A stretch of DNA of 64,000 nucleotides from an uncultured virus (IMG/VR IMGVR_UViG_3300035497_000625) (taxonomy: Duplodnaviria > Heunggongvirae > Uroviricota > Caudoviricetes), in IMG/VR virus record IMGVR_UViG_3300035497_000625; one strand, written 5' to 3'. Shown here in pieces: positions 1-10,319 of this stretch. A program made the position numbers and the translations under genes. Within the stretch, counting starts at the first letter, position 1, and each line of letters starts with the position of its first letter. The notes under the pieces are model-generated. The model saw only the letters and a list, made by a program, of their open reading frames with translations. It was not told the origin of the DNA and ran no database searches.

Positions 1-1953
1 TAAATCAATTGTAAATCCATTAAATAATACAGAAGAAAAATGTAATTGATCATTTAATATTTTTTGATCTAAAGTACGATTCATTATATTTGGATTTTTT
101 TCATTAATTATAGCATCTGACTGATCAGTAGGGCTAATAATTTTAAAAAGTTCTGAATCCGTAGTACCTTTTTTAAAAATTTCATAAATGCCTTTATCAA
201 GCTGTTTTAATATTACTGAAATTGGAATGATATAATTATTAATTTGATAAAACAAATTCTTACTAATTTCTGGTTCTATCGCAGCATGACCTCTAATAAA
301 ATTAAAATAATTCATAGTTGAAACAAGAGAAATCAGCTTTTGTCTATTTTCTAAACTTGCTTTTGGAGTAAGAAATTCATTTTTATTATTAATATCATAA
401 TAACGTAAAAATAATACTGTATCTTGTGGTAAATATTTAAAAATATATTGCTTACCTAAATTTATTCCGTTTTGTTTTTTTGGATCACTACTATCGTCAT
501 AAATTTTAAATTTTGTTGAACCAATTTTTGAAGTATAGTTTTTTATATTAATACCAATTTGATTGTTTCCATCCTTTTGACCCGTTATTTTAATTGTTGC
601 CAATACATCAGATGTACTTTCTCCAAAGCTTGTCTTTTCATTGAAAACTTGTCCTGTATCAAAGATTTTTCCTGTTATTTGAGGATCTAATCCAGCATAA
701 TAATTATTTAAATATCCAACAATTTCTCCCATATTTCCAACAAAATTAGATTTAGCAACACCTTTAATCTCTGTTTCCTCTGAATATACAATCGCATTTT
801 TTATCTGATCATCAAAAGAGTCACTGTTTAAAAACTTATTAATAGCATTAATAAAATCTTTATATTGCTCTTTTGATATATAAAGCTTTCCTAAATTCAT
901 AACAGTTAATATAACACTACCATCTTTTTCTTGTAATTGAATTAAAGCTTTATTTGTGGCATTCTTAAAACCGTTAATATAATCATCTTCTGTATATGTA
1001 TCATTAGAATTAGCAGAGTTCTTTTTATGTTCTGATTCAATTTCTTGCTCATATAATCCTCCAACAACATCAATGGGCATATTTATCATTAATTTACCTT
1101 GTTGTGTCGTTATTCGTAAAGATTCTTCCTGAAACTGAATACGCTTATCTTTTTTTAAAACTTGTATGTAATCGCTCAATTGTTTTTTAATATCTTGTTT
1201 TTCTTCTCGCATAGACCTTGATTCTGCTTTTGATGTTATTTTAAATTTTGAAATTGTTTTTGGATCTATTTGCTTTTCTGATAACAGTTGTTCAAAATAC
1301 TTATTTATTGTTTCTTCAAAATACTCTTTTGCTGGTGTTTCCAATACCGTTTGAATTGAGCCTTCTTCTATAATATCTTTTACAACATTTTTTTTATCTT
1401 GTTCTGTTGGTCTTTCGCCGCTGTTTTCTTGAATAAAACTAGTTAAATGTAAATCAATTTTTTGAGAGGACATTAAATTTAAAAATTCTTCAGATGAAAT
1501 TAAAATTTTAAAACTTATTATAGGCTGTTCTACTATAGATGACAAATCAGATTTATTTTCATTTTTTGAATCTTTTTCTCCTAGGAAAAAATATCTTGTC
1601 CAAAAATCAATTTTGTCTCCATCATCTTTATTTAAATAATTATCTTTGTCTGAATCTTGATCTCCTATAAGTTGTTTATAAAAAGATAATTCTAATTCAA
1701 TTAGTTCTTTATATTGTGTAGAAAAAATAGCTTCGTCATCATTATTTATTAATTGATTCATATCTGTATTCACTATATTATTTGCTTTTTTTAATGCATC
1801 ATTCAATGGCCCTTCATTTTTAATCTTTTCAATAACATCTTCTTTTTTCTTAGAATTTTCCCCATACCAATATGCACCAACCCACTTATCCCAACCAGGC
1901 CACGAGTTTTGTATTGAATTATTAACCAAATTTGTTTTTTTAGTTTTTGCCAT
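1..1953 (-). CDS. Hypothetical protein, truncated at window edge (probably virion/tail module)
   Basis: ATG at 1953 immediately after the TAA of the upstream gene; begins MAKTKKTNLVNNSIQNSWPGWDKW; appears to run off the window so is absent from the ORF track. Confidence 0.7.
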   Translation of the reverse strand, partial: MAKTKKTNLVNNSIQNSWPGWDKWVGAYWYGENSKKKEDVIEKIKNEGPLNDALKKANNIVNTDMNQLINNDDEAIFSTQYKELIELELSFYKQLIGDQDSDKDNYLNKDDGDKIDFWTRYFFLGEKDSKNENKSDLSSIVEQPIISFKILISSEEFLNLMSSQKIDLHLTSFIQENSGERPTEQDKKNVVKDIIEEGSIQTVLETPAKEYFEETINKYFEQLLSEKQIDPKTISKFKITSKAESRSMREEKQDIKKQLSDYIQVLKKDKRIQFQEESLRITTQQGKLMINMPIDVVGGLYEQEIESEHKKNSANSNDTYTEDDYINGFKNATNKALIQLQEKDGSVILTVMNLGKLYISKEQYKDFINAINKFLNSDSFDDQIKNAIVYSEETEIKGVAKSNFVGNMGEIVGYLNNYYAGLDPQITGKIFDTGQVFNEKTSFGESTSDVLATIKITGQKDGNNQIGINIKNYTSKIGSTKFKIYDDSSDPKKQNGINLGKQYIFKYLPQDTVLFLRYYDINNKNEFLTPKASLENRQKLISLVSTMNYFNFIRGHAAIEPEISKNLFYQINNYIIPISVILKQLDKGIYEIFKKGTTDSELFKIISPTDQSDAIINEKNPNIMNRTLDQKILNDQLHFSSVLFNGFTIDL

Positions 1954-1954
1954 C

Positions 1955-2854
1955 TTACAAATACTCCCCTGTCAATTCCTTATCCAAAAAGCAAATCTCA
2001 AATGTCTTTCTCTTATCCTTTCTCTCATCCTCATCATTATACCCAGTAATATAAAAATCACTTACAACTGAATGATCAACATCTCTTCCCAATTTCATGC
2101 TCAACGCATTATTAATCTTACACTTAGGAATCGTAATAACACCAGTCCTTACAACACCATCGCTATAAGCCTTACTACTAAACTTTCCAGTCAAACTATA
2201 AAACCCATTCATCAATCTATCACCAATCTCAATACTATCCAGTCCATCATAATAATCAAAAGTATAATCAACATAAACCTTAGAATAATCATCTCTAAAA
2301 TAAACTCTATTCCCATATATTTCAAAATCTTTAATCTTATTTCCTCGTTCATCATAGCAAAAAATCCACTTAACTTTGCTAGGAGGCAATGGTTTCAACA
2401 TCAATTCAGGTCTCCTACCCATTGGTAATGGTTCATTATTAGGATTTCCCTGAACTCCCATTAAATCCAATATCGCATTAGGCTTATATTTTAAATCAAT
2501 AGCACAATAGTCATCATCACATAACGCTTGTACTGGTTCAATATAATTAACAGATTGAACGCTTTTTCTCTTAACCTTTGAATTACTTAATAATGCCCAG
2601 CTTACTGGACTTAGCAATCCATTGGTAATTGAAAAATTCACCTCTTTATCTGTCTCCCAATTAATTAAAGGAATATTATGATAGCCGCCAGTCGCTTGTT
2701 GGTTAATCCTAGATTCAGTAACTGTAGCAATATTTGCCTTATCAAGCATTAAAATCGCTTCATTCGTATCATACTTTTTACCCGCAATCTCTAAAGGTGC
2801 GCGCAAACGTAAAGTTATATCATACAATTCCTTTATTCCATATTGTTCTTCCAC
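1955..2854 (-). CDS. Tail-tube-like protein, divergent paralog (299 aa)
   Basis: Shares YGIKE...A.GG..N..LI.W...KEV motif and C-terminal IP.CK motif with the four upstream paralogs; GAGGTG RBS. Confidence 0.55.
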   Translation of the reverse strand: MEEQYGIKELYDITLRLRAPLEIAGKKYDTNEAILMLDKANIATVTESRINQQATGGYHNIPLINWETDKEVNFSITNGLLSPVSWALLSNSKVKRKSVQSVNYIEPVQALCDDDYCAIDLKYKPNAILDLMGVQGNPNNEPLPMGRRPELMLKPLPPSKVKWIFCYDERGNKIKDFEIYGNRVYFRDDYSKVYVDYTFDYYDGLDSIEIGDRLMNGFYSLTGKFSSKAYSDGVVRTGVITIPKCKINNALSMKLGRDVDHSVVSDFYITGYNDEDERKDKRKTFEICFLDKELTGEYL

Positions 2855-2967
2855 TTATTATCACCTCTTGATTTTATTATAATAAAATTTCGCCGCAAAG
2901 TAAGTATAATCCCGCTTCCCCGCAAAACTTTACTAAATTAAAGGTCATCTGAAGCGCAAAAAGCTAT

Positions 2968-2997
2968 AAAAAAATAAGACGACATAAGTCGTCTTAT
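2968..2997 (-). terminator. Intrinsic terminator
   Basis: 10-bp stem ATAAGACGAC/GTCGTCTTAT followed by a U-tract on the minus strand, directly after the 3000..6713 stop. Confidence 0.8.
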
Positions 2998-2999
2998 CA

Positions 3000-5900
3000 T
3001 TAATATATTTCGTTGTTCTCAAGATTAATTGATTCAACCATATCATCAATCTTAGTGTAGGTTTTACTGCGTTGAGTGCCATAAGGTACAACCTTAGTTC
3101 CACCTTTCTCTTTATCTTCAATAACGCTATACTGTTTAAGTTCCATCATAACATTATTTGGAGGACACAATACGTCAACTGACATATCAAAAACGGTAGG
3201 GTCTCCTTCAGCTTCAAGCGTAATGTTTGTGTCAACGCCTATTGATGCTCTATGAATAGTGAATTGATAACATTCATCCTTACCTGTTTTTTGATTACGT
3301 ATGTAAGTGTTACCTACTATTTTATATTTCTCTGGGAAAGTATCTGGGTTGATTACAATTCTTTCACCTAGAGTTTGTTCTCCGAGTGTATAGTCGCCAG
3401 GGACATATTGATTGTTGACAACTGTTCTAGTCCATTTGTAGTATACTGAACCAACAGGTAATACAAATTCATCATGTTCTTGGTCTATGTAGTATTTTGT
3501 AGTACCTTGTTCTTTGCTATTACCTTGCATCTTTTTAATTAGAGTTTTTGAATTATTAGATGTTCCTAATCCTTGATCTTGATTATAAGCTTGCTCTGCT
3601 GGGATTAATGTATCTCGATAGAAATCTACATTTTCAGATGCTGAGTAGTAATGGAATAGTGGTGTCATTGTTTTAACATCGTAGTATATTTCATAAGATG
3701 AAGATTTGTCATCTGTATAGTATCTTAGGATATTCCTCTCTTGGTCTTTACGACTGATTTTTAAGCCGCCACGTTTAGTTACAACGCATTTTTCCATTCT
3801 ATCAATTACATCAAGAACCATGTCATTTGATGTTTCTACTTTTGTATAATCTGATTCGGTACGAATATTTTGGATTAAGCGTTGGATTATATATGGACTC
3901 ATTGCATAGTAAGAGTATTCTTGAGTTTGTGCAGCAATTTGATTTAAAACTTCGTCTTCTGTATTGCAATATGAATATTTCTTAGTTGTTGTTGTGTTGC
4001 TTGTATCAATACTTCCCCATGCATTATCTGCAACATAGCTTCCCCATGTTTTTTTCGCACTATATTTACCAGTATCAAAAGTATCAATTGCTGCAGTTAA
4101 TGCCCCATATAATTTTTCAGGCTTTGTGCATAAATAGAATTTTTTGTCTTTGGATTTAGGATTAAAAGTTCCAGCAAATAAATTCTTTAATTGATCTACT
4201 GTCAATAATGTATCATTTAGTTCATTACTTATCTTGAGATCATTAACTAATCGTACTTGATAACATTCATTAAGATTATTAAAAAATGGACGAACTCCAG
4301 TTAATTGTCGATTTTTTACAATAGGACTAAATGATATCAATAAATATGCATTAAAATAGTTATGATAATCATATTGACAAGCAGTACTATAACGAGTATT
4401 GGTTAAATTAGAAGTATAAAAACAATATACAGGAATTGCTAATTGAAAAACAGCCAATGAACCATAAGCATATTGTTGACATATTGTCTTAGTATCACCG
4501 TCACCATTTGAAGATTGCGAATAAGATTTGTAATATTTACTATATTGATATAACTTATATTCATTTTCATCATCTTGAATTAGTTGATTTATATCTGTAA
4601 CATCAAATACATTTGTTAAAGTGGCTTCGGTTGATGCTGAAATTATATATGAAGTAATTGAATTAATATTATTATTATTGCTAGTAGTTGCTTGTTTCAT
4701 TGATTTAAAACTTTGTTTTTCATATATTGTTGTGTTATTATTATCAACTTGCGTTGTATAAATTTTTAATTTAGAATTAATATTAGAATTCGGATCTGTT
4801 TCTAAATAGCCTGAACAATATTTTTGAAAAAAATCCTTTTTCATTGACAATATTAAACAATTTTTTATAGCAGTCTTTCTACTACGATACCCTGTAAGTT
4901 GATTATCTTTATCATATTGAGGACATAAGGCTGCAGGAACAAAACATTGTGCGATAAAATAATTATGATAATTTTCTATTATATCATTTAAGTTTTCTCT
5001 AATTAATTTAAATATTGCATATATCTTATAAAGTGTTGCATTAACCTCAAATGAACTAGCAGAATTATTAGACACAATCATATTAGTCATAAATTGATCC
5101 CAGTTGTTACCTTCTAAATGTTCAATTTTATGATTTAAATATATTCTAAAAATTATTCTTAAAATATTTTTTAAATCAGTAGTTAATTCTAATCCACCTG
5201 AATCTGATGTATCTGCTGATTTTATAGGAAAAACTGTTGTAGCCTTATTATATCCAAAAAATACCATTAATAAAATTTTTTCAAGTAAACATTTACCAGA
5301 AGAAGTATAATCATTCTTTTGAAAATATTGATTCATATTCCAATATTGATACAACTCGTTACTATTTTCCACTTTACAAAAATCCATATCTATTGTAAAC
5401 TTATCATTATCAGATTTGTTAAAATAGTTATATCCTTGATAAATAGGATCTGAATAACCATCTGAAATATTAAGTGTACAGGAATAATTATCTTCATCAA
5501 GTGTCGATATACTTCCATTCTTAGTGTAAAGATAACATAATGCTTTAGCAACATTTTTCTTTATTTCTGTACGAAAATCATTTGCATTTTCTGCTTCAGT
5601 TAATTCTATCTCTTTTGCAGTCTCAAATAACGCATCTGCGTATTCATTAAGCGCACTTTCATCAACTTTTAATGTACATACTTTATTATTATTACTATCT
5701 GTAGTTATGTGATTATCTTCTTGTTTTAAAAGATCATTTAATGAAAAATAGAAAAAATCGCCTATATTTAAATTTAATGCAATATTTTCCATATTATTAT
5801 GCAAATAATTAATATATTCATCATCAATAACTATCTCATGAATTTGATTTGTAATCACATTATTAATTTCAGAATTTTTTAATCCACTACTAGAATTTGT

Positions 5901-6713
5901 GAAGTCATAATTTCCAATTAACAAATCTGTATTTTCAACATCAGGTTTAAATAAGGTAGTATGATTATCAAGTGAAGTTTGATATGTAAAACTAGATAGA
6001 GTATTTGTTTGAGAAATATAAGGAAGAATATTTAAACCAAAAGCTTTATCCATTGTTTGTTGAGTTTGATCATAAGAACTAGTTCCAGATTCATGTTTTC
6101 CATTTTGATCACTACCTACAAATTGTGGTAATGGAAAACAAGTATTTCTATTATAATATGCAGAACGTAATTTTTCTTTCCATTTATCGACATTATTATC
6201 ATTATTGTTTACGTGCACAGGATTATCAATTGAAAACCATCTAGTTTTTACTTCTCCATCAGAAGCTGTCAATCCAGTAGAAAATTTAACATCACTTGCA
6301 GCCTGATAAACTAATTCCCATTCTTCATCAGTTAAGCTAGGAGAAGGATAAGCTTTAGTTGAATAATGATTTTGTAAATATTGATTAGCTAAATTACATT
6401 TTAATGCTGCAGACATATAAGGAGAAAGATGATTATCTAATTTTCCACCCCAAACCATACTCATACTTGCTGGAGTAAATAATGCATCTTGTAAAGATAA
6501 GGTAACTTCCTTTCCATAATTCCAAGTAATTAACTTTTTATTACCCAATCCACCTTTAGCTTCGGTCTTTTCTGCAGTTTGTTCTAAAGTGGATACCTTT
6601 AATGAATCTAAATATAAAACTGGTGTGTATACTTGCTCATCTCCAATTTCATCAATAGAATAAAAGACAACATCTGCAACTTCCTTTATTCCATACTTTT
6701 GAAATAAATTCAT
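3000..6713 (-). CDS. Tail-tube-like protein with about 880-aa insertion (1237 aa)
   Basis: N-terminal YGIKEVADV...LDSLKVSTLEQTAE...WNYGKEV and C-terminal FPEKY...LEAEGDPTVF core shared among paralogs; position downstream of head-tail genes. Confidence 0.6.
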   Translation of the reverse strand: MNLFQKYGIKEVADVVFYSIDEIGDEQVYTPVLYLDSLKVSTLEQTAEKTEAKGGLGNKKLITWNYGKEVTLSLQDALFTPASMSMVWGGKLDNHLSPYMSAALKCNLANQYLQNHYSTKAYPSPSLTDEEWELVYQAASDVKFSTGLTASDGEVKTRWFSIDNPVHVNNNDNNVDKWKEKLRSAYYNRNTCFPLPQFVGSDQNGKHESGTSSYDQTQQTMDKAFGLNILPYISQTNTLSSFTYQTSLDNHTTLFKPDVENTDLLIGNYDFTNSSSGLKNSEINNVITNQIHEIVIDDEYINYLHNNMENIALNLNIGDFFYFSLNDLLKQEDNHITTDSNNNKVCTLKVDESALNEYADALFETAKEIELTEAENANDFRTEIKKNVAKALCYLYTKNGSISTLDEDNYSCTLNISDGYSDPIYQGYNYFNKSDNDKFTIDMDFCKVENSNELYQYWNMNQYFQKNDYTSSGKCLLEKILLMVFFGYNKATTVFPIKSADTSDSGGLELTTDLKNILRIIFRIYLNHKIEHLEGNNWDQFMTNMIVSNNSASSFEVNATLYKIYAIFKLIRENLNDIIENYHNYFIAQCFVPAALCPQYDKDNQLTGYRSRKTAIKNCLILSMKKDFFQKYCSGYLETDPNSNINSKLKIYTTQVDNNNTTIYEKQSFKSMKQATTSNNNNINSITSYIISASTEATLTNVFDVTDINQLIQDDENEYKLYQYSKYYKSYSQSSNGDGDTKTICQQYAYGSLAVFQLAIPVYCFYTSNLTNTRYSTACQYDYHNYFNAYLLISFSPIVKNRQLTGVRPFFNNLNECYQVRLVNDLKISNELNDTLLTVDQLKNLFAGTFNPKSKDKKFYLCTKPEKLYGALTAAIDTFDTGKYSAKKTWGSYVADNAWGSIDTSNTTTTKKYSYCNTEDEVLNQIAAQTQEYSYYAMSPYIIQRLIQNIRTESDYTKVETSNDMVLDVIDRMEKCVVTKRGGLKISRKDQERNILRYYTDDKSSSYEIYYDVKTMTPLFHYYSASENVDFYRDTLIPAEQAYNQDQGLGTSNNSKTLIKKMQGNSKEQGTTKYYIDQEHDEFVLPVGSVYYKWTRTVVNNQYVPGDYTLGEQTLGERIVINPDTFPEKYKIVGNTYIRNQKTGKDECYQFTIHRASIGVDTNITLEAEGDPTVFDMSVDVLCPPNNVMMELKQYSVIEDKEKGGTKVVPYGTQRSKTYTKIDDMVESINLENNEIY

Positions 6714-6771
6714 CTATTATTTTCACCTCATTAAAGTTATTTAATAAGTATAAACATAGGAATTAGTATTC

Positions 6772-8214
6772 CTATGTTTCATCCTCATCATTAATTTTTT
6801 CAATAGGAACAACTTTATTACTTGCACTTTGTATTTTATCATAATAATTATGATTTACTTTATATTGAGTTAATTTCATCATTGTTCCATCTTCTTTTCT
6901 TAAAACTTTTAAAGACATACTAAAAGTAGTTGGATCTCCTTCTGCCTCTAGATTTAAACTAGTTTCAGAACTCATTTTGCATAGAGGAATTTCAAATTGA
7001 TAACGTTGATCCTTACCATTAATTCTATCTCTAACATAAGTTTCTCCTACTAGTTTAAATGTGCCTGGGAAATGAAAAGCATCTACAGTTATCTGCGTAC
7101 CTAGACTCTCATGTGTTGGAGCTTTTGTTCTAGTCCATTTATAATATACTTCATATTGTTTTATTACATGGAGATTTCCTGATACAGTTTGTTCTTGAAC
7201 ACTATAATAGTTATTTAAGTTATTCCCCCTTACTTTTCTCTGAAAACTGTTGGCATTAGGTTCATATACATCCATAGTTTTTGGATCTATAAAAACAGTT
7301 AATTCACAGTTATTATATCTCTTATTATTGCGGCAATGACTGTGATAATTATTAATATCAGTATCTATACAAAAAGTTTCTGTTGCAATACATTTTTCCA
7401 TTCTCTCTAAGTATTCTGTATCGTCTAAATTATATTGATATGTATTACCCTTATATAAATCATAAAAAGATTTATATTTAACTTTAGTTTCTAAATCATA
7501 TGTAATTGTTTGAACTTTATCTATATCAACATCATATATTTCACGTTCACAATCTAGAAATACTTCGATACGATTATTTGAAGAGTCATATTTAAATTTT
7601 TTATATCCTCTCATATCAGGATAATCGCTTTCTATAAAACCTTCTCCATAACAAAGAAATTTATCAATAACTGTAAAATCAACAGTCACTAAATCATCAG
7701 CATTGATAGCTTGACCACCATTAGCATCTAACATAATTAACTGATTTACTCTTGTTACATAAATAGAGACTTCATTATCTGAATCTGGCCATTTTTCTGT
7801 TGTTTTATTAAATATATTATTGAAAGGACCAGTGAGATTACTTGTATAATCATATGTATAATCATTATCATTAATACCATTACAACATTTTGGTGCCCAT
7901 GATTTTGTTGCTTTAATAACAATAGGATACTTATCATGAACTCCACCCCAAATCATACCCATACTAGCTGGAGTAAATAATGCATCTTCTAAAGTAACAG
8001 TAATTTCCTTACCATAATCCCATGTAATTAAATCGGCATTTCCTCTGCCGCCAGTAGCAGAAGTTTGTTCTGCAGTCTGTTCTACTGTTGATACTTTTAA
8101 AGTATCCATATATAATACAGGAATATACATTTCATCATCATTTTCATCTAATTCAATAGCATAAAGAGTTACATCTGCAACTTCTTTAATACCATATTGC
8201 TCGAAAATATTCAT
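6772..8214 (-). CDS. Tail-tube-like protein (480 aa)
   Basis: Same conserved core (YGIKEVADV, DTLKVST, WDYGKEI, FPGTF, LEAEGDPTTF). Confidence 0.6.
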   Translation of the reverse strand: MNIFEQYGIKEVADVTLYAIELDENDDEMYIPVLYMDTLKVSTVEQTAEQTSATGGRGNADLITWDYGKEITVTLEDALFTPASMGMIWGGVHDKYPIVIKATKSWAPKCCNGINDNDYTYDYTSNLTGPFNNIFNKTTEKWPDSDNEVSIYVTRVNQLIMLDANGGQAINADDLVTVDFTVIDKFLCYGEGFIESDYPDMRGYKKFKYDSSNNRIEVFLDCEREIYDVDIDKVQTITYDLETKVKYKSFYDLYKGNTYQYNLDDTEYLERMEKCIATETFCIDTDINNYHSHCRNNKRYNNCELTVFIDPKTMDVYEPNANSFQRKVRGNNLNNYYSVQEQTVSGNLHVIKQYEVYYKWTRTKAPTHESLGTQITVDAFHFPGTFKLVGETYVRDRINGKDQRYQFEIPLCKMSSETSLNLEAEGDPTTFSMSLKVLRKEDGTMMKLTQYKVNHNYYDKIQSASNKVVPIEKINDEDET

Positions 8215-8227
8215 CGTATTCCTCCTT

Positions 8228-10240
8228 TTACTCGCTCATTAATACTTCCGTTGAGCCATCTACTTGTTCATCGTAGCCATAACGCTCATTCACTTGTGTT
8301 TTTGCTGCTACCTCATATTCTGTTAATTCCATCATAATACCACTCGTTGGTCGCGCAATCTCAAGGTCGAGATTAAAGACTGTTGGATCTCCATCGGCTT
8401 GAAGAGTTAAATTTTGGTCTGATTTAACTTTACATAGAGGGAATTTAATCTGCATTCTTTCATCTTCACCTGTTTCTCTACTTCTTATATATGTTTCACC
8501 TACAAGCATATACATACCAGGAAATTGTTCTGCTTTGACTGTGATTTTTTTGGCCTTGAGAGCTTTGTTGTTTTGAGAAAGAGTTAGAGATTTTTTGTAA
8601 TATGGTTCACCTTGATGGAAGAAATAATCATCTTCATATGGAGTCATTGTTCTTGGATTAACATAACACCACAGTTTTCCATCCAATGCCTGATGTTGCA
8701 TAGATGTATCATCTTCATAATTATATGAATTCATGCATTTAGTTGTTTGATTATAGCCACCAAGATTAATTACTTTTGAATTAATACTTACAATATTTTC
8801 TTCATATTTTGTAAGTAAACAATAAATTAATTCGTTAATACTGTGAAATCTAATCCATAAATCTAATCCTTTAAATTGATCAATATTAATACAATGTACT
8901 TGTTGAAATTGACAATTAGATAAATCATATGATTGGGCATCTGATGATATTGATGATTCAACATCAATCCAAGTGCTATAATCACCATTGTTGTCAATTA
9001 CGATTTGTAAAAAATGTGCTTGTTTTATTAACTGAATTTCTTGTTTTGTTACTAATTCCCCAGTATAAGTTTCTTCTTTAACTGTATCCTTAAAAAAATT
9101 AATAGATTCTTTATCTTGATCTAAAACAATTTGTCCATTTAAAGAATTGATTTTATCATTATCTTCAGATTGCATTACATACGTGATCTGTCGTTTAATA
9201 TAATAATTTGGGTCTGCCGCTATCACTGCTGTTATATATATAAATGTACTTAGTGTAGGGTTATCTTCTTCTACAGTACTTGTACTTATTGACTGAATTC
9301 TTAATACTTTTCCATCTCTTGGATAAGTAGAATCAAGATTAGCTGAAACATATTGCCTATTATTAAGGAAAGACTCAAGAGTAAGTGTAAAATCTGGATA
9401 TAAATCAACAAATTGATCTTCAGTGTCCTTCTGAAATTGAACTGAACTACAATTATTTTTTTTGCAATAATCTTTAATAATCGCTGTCCATTCATTTTTC
9501 ATTTCATCTGTAAAAGTATAAGATACATCTATTTTTATATCTTTATCTAGTTTTACTGGAATATCAGGATATACAACATTTTCTCGTACTACAATAGGAT
9601 ATTCATCACTTAACATATATTTATTTCCAAAATAATCATAAAATCTATCTGGAATCATTGCTATTGATTGAATTTTAGATTCAATACCCAATCTCCATTT
9701 ATAAGGATGATTACTAACATATCCAAATCCTTCAACTTTAGTTCCATCTACTACAGAAGATTGTAATAACAAATCATTATCAATCCTATTAGAGTCATAA
9801 GGTGCTTTAGGTAATAGTTTACTAACCGTACCATTCTCTCTATCATTTCTAGGATAAAAAGCCTTCTCCATTCTAGAAATCTTTTCTACAGGATTCCTAT
9901 GATTATAACTAATCCCATATTCATTCTTAATTTCTCCATCTTTCCAGTCAGATCCAAGAATACCTCCCCAGCATAAGCCAAGAGAAGCTGGAGTGCAAAG
10001 CGCATCTTCAAGACTAACATTAATTGTCTTACCATAATCCCAACAAATCAATCTAGCATTACCAAGACCACCTTGCGCCCATACATTATCTGCAGTTTTT
10101 TCAGTGGAAGAAACCTTTAATGTATCAAAATAAAGTGCAGGTACATAATATACCTCACCACTACCGTCTTTCTTTTTATGTATACTATAAAGTGTTACAT
10201 CCGCAACTTCCTTTATACCGTATTGATCAAAAATATCCAA
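8228..10240 (-). CDS. Tail-tube-like protein (670 aa, TTG start)
   Basis: Same conserved core; GAGGTG RBS before TTG. Confidence 0.6.
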   Translation of the reverse strand: MDIFDQYGIKEVADVTLYSIHKKKDGSGEVYYVPALYFDTLKVSSTEKTADNVWAQGGLGNARLICWDYGKTINVSLEDALCTPASLGLCWGGILGSDWKDGEIKNEYGISYNHRNPVEKISRMEKAFYPRNDRENGTVSKLLPKAPYDSNRIDNDLLLQSSVVDGTKVEGFGYVSNHPYKWRLGIESKIQSIAMIPDRFYDYFGNKYMLSDEYPIVVRENVVYPDIPVKLDKDIKIDVSYTFTDEMKNEWTAIIKDYCKKNNCSSVQFQKDTEDQFVDLYPDFTLTLESFLNNRQYVSANLDSTYPRDGKVLRIQSISTSTVEEDNPTLSTFIYITAVIAADPNYYIKRQITYVMQSEDNDKINSLNGQIVLDQDKESINFFKDTVKEETYTGELVTKQEIQLIKQAHFLQIVIDNNGDYSTWIDVESSISSDAQSYDLSNCQFQQVHCINIDQFKGLDLWIRFHSINELIYCLLTKYEENIVSINSKVINLGGYNQTTKCMNSYNYEDDTSMQHQALDGKLWCYVNPRTMTPYEDDYFFHQGEPYYKKSLTLSQNNKALKAKKITVKAEQFPGMYMLVGETYIRSRETGEDERMQIKFPLCKVKSDQNLTLQADGDPTVFNLDLEIARPTSGIMMELTEYEVAAKTQVNERYGYDEQVDGSTEVLMSE

Positions 10241-10264
10241 AATATATTCACCTCGGTTACTAGT

Positions 10265-10303
10265 AAAAATTGGCTATTGAACTATTTCATTCAATAGCCA
10301 ATT
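10265..10303 (-). terminator. Intrinsic terminator
   Basis: 14-bp stem AATTGGCTATTGAA/TTCAATAGCCAATT with U-run after the 10320..13646 gene. Confidence 0.75.
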
Positions 10304-10319
10304 GCTATTATTTTATATA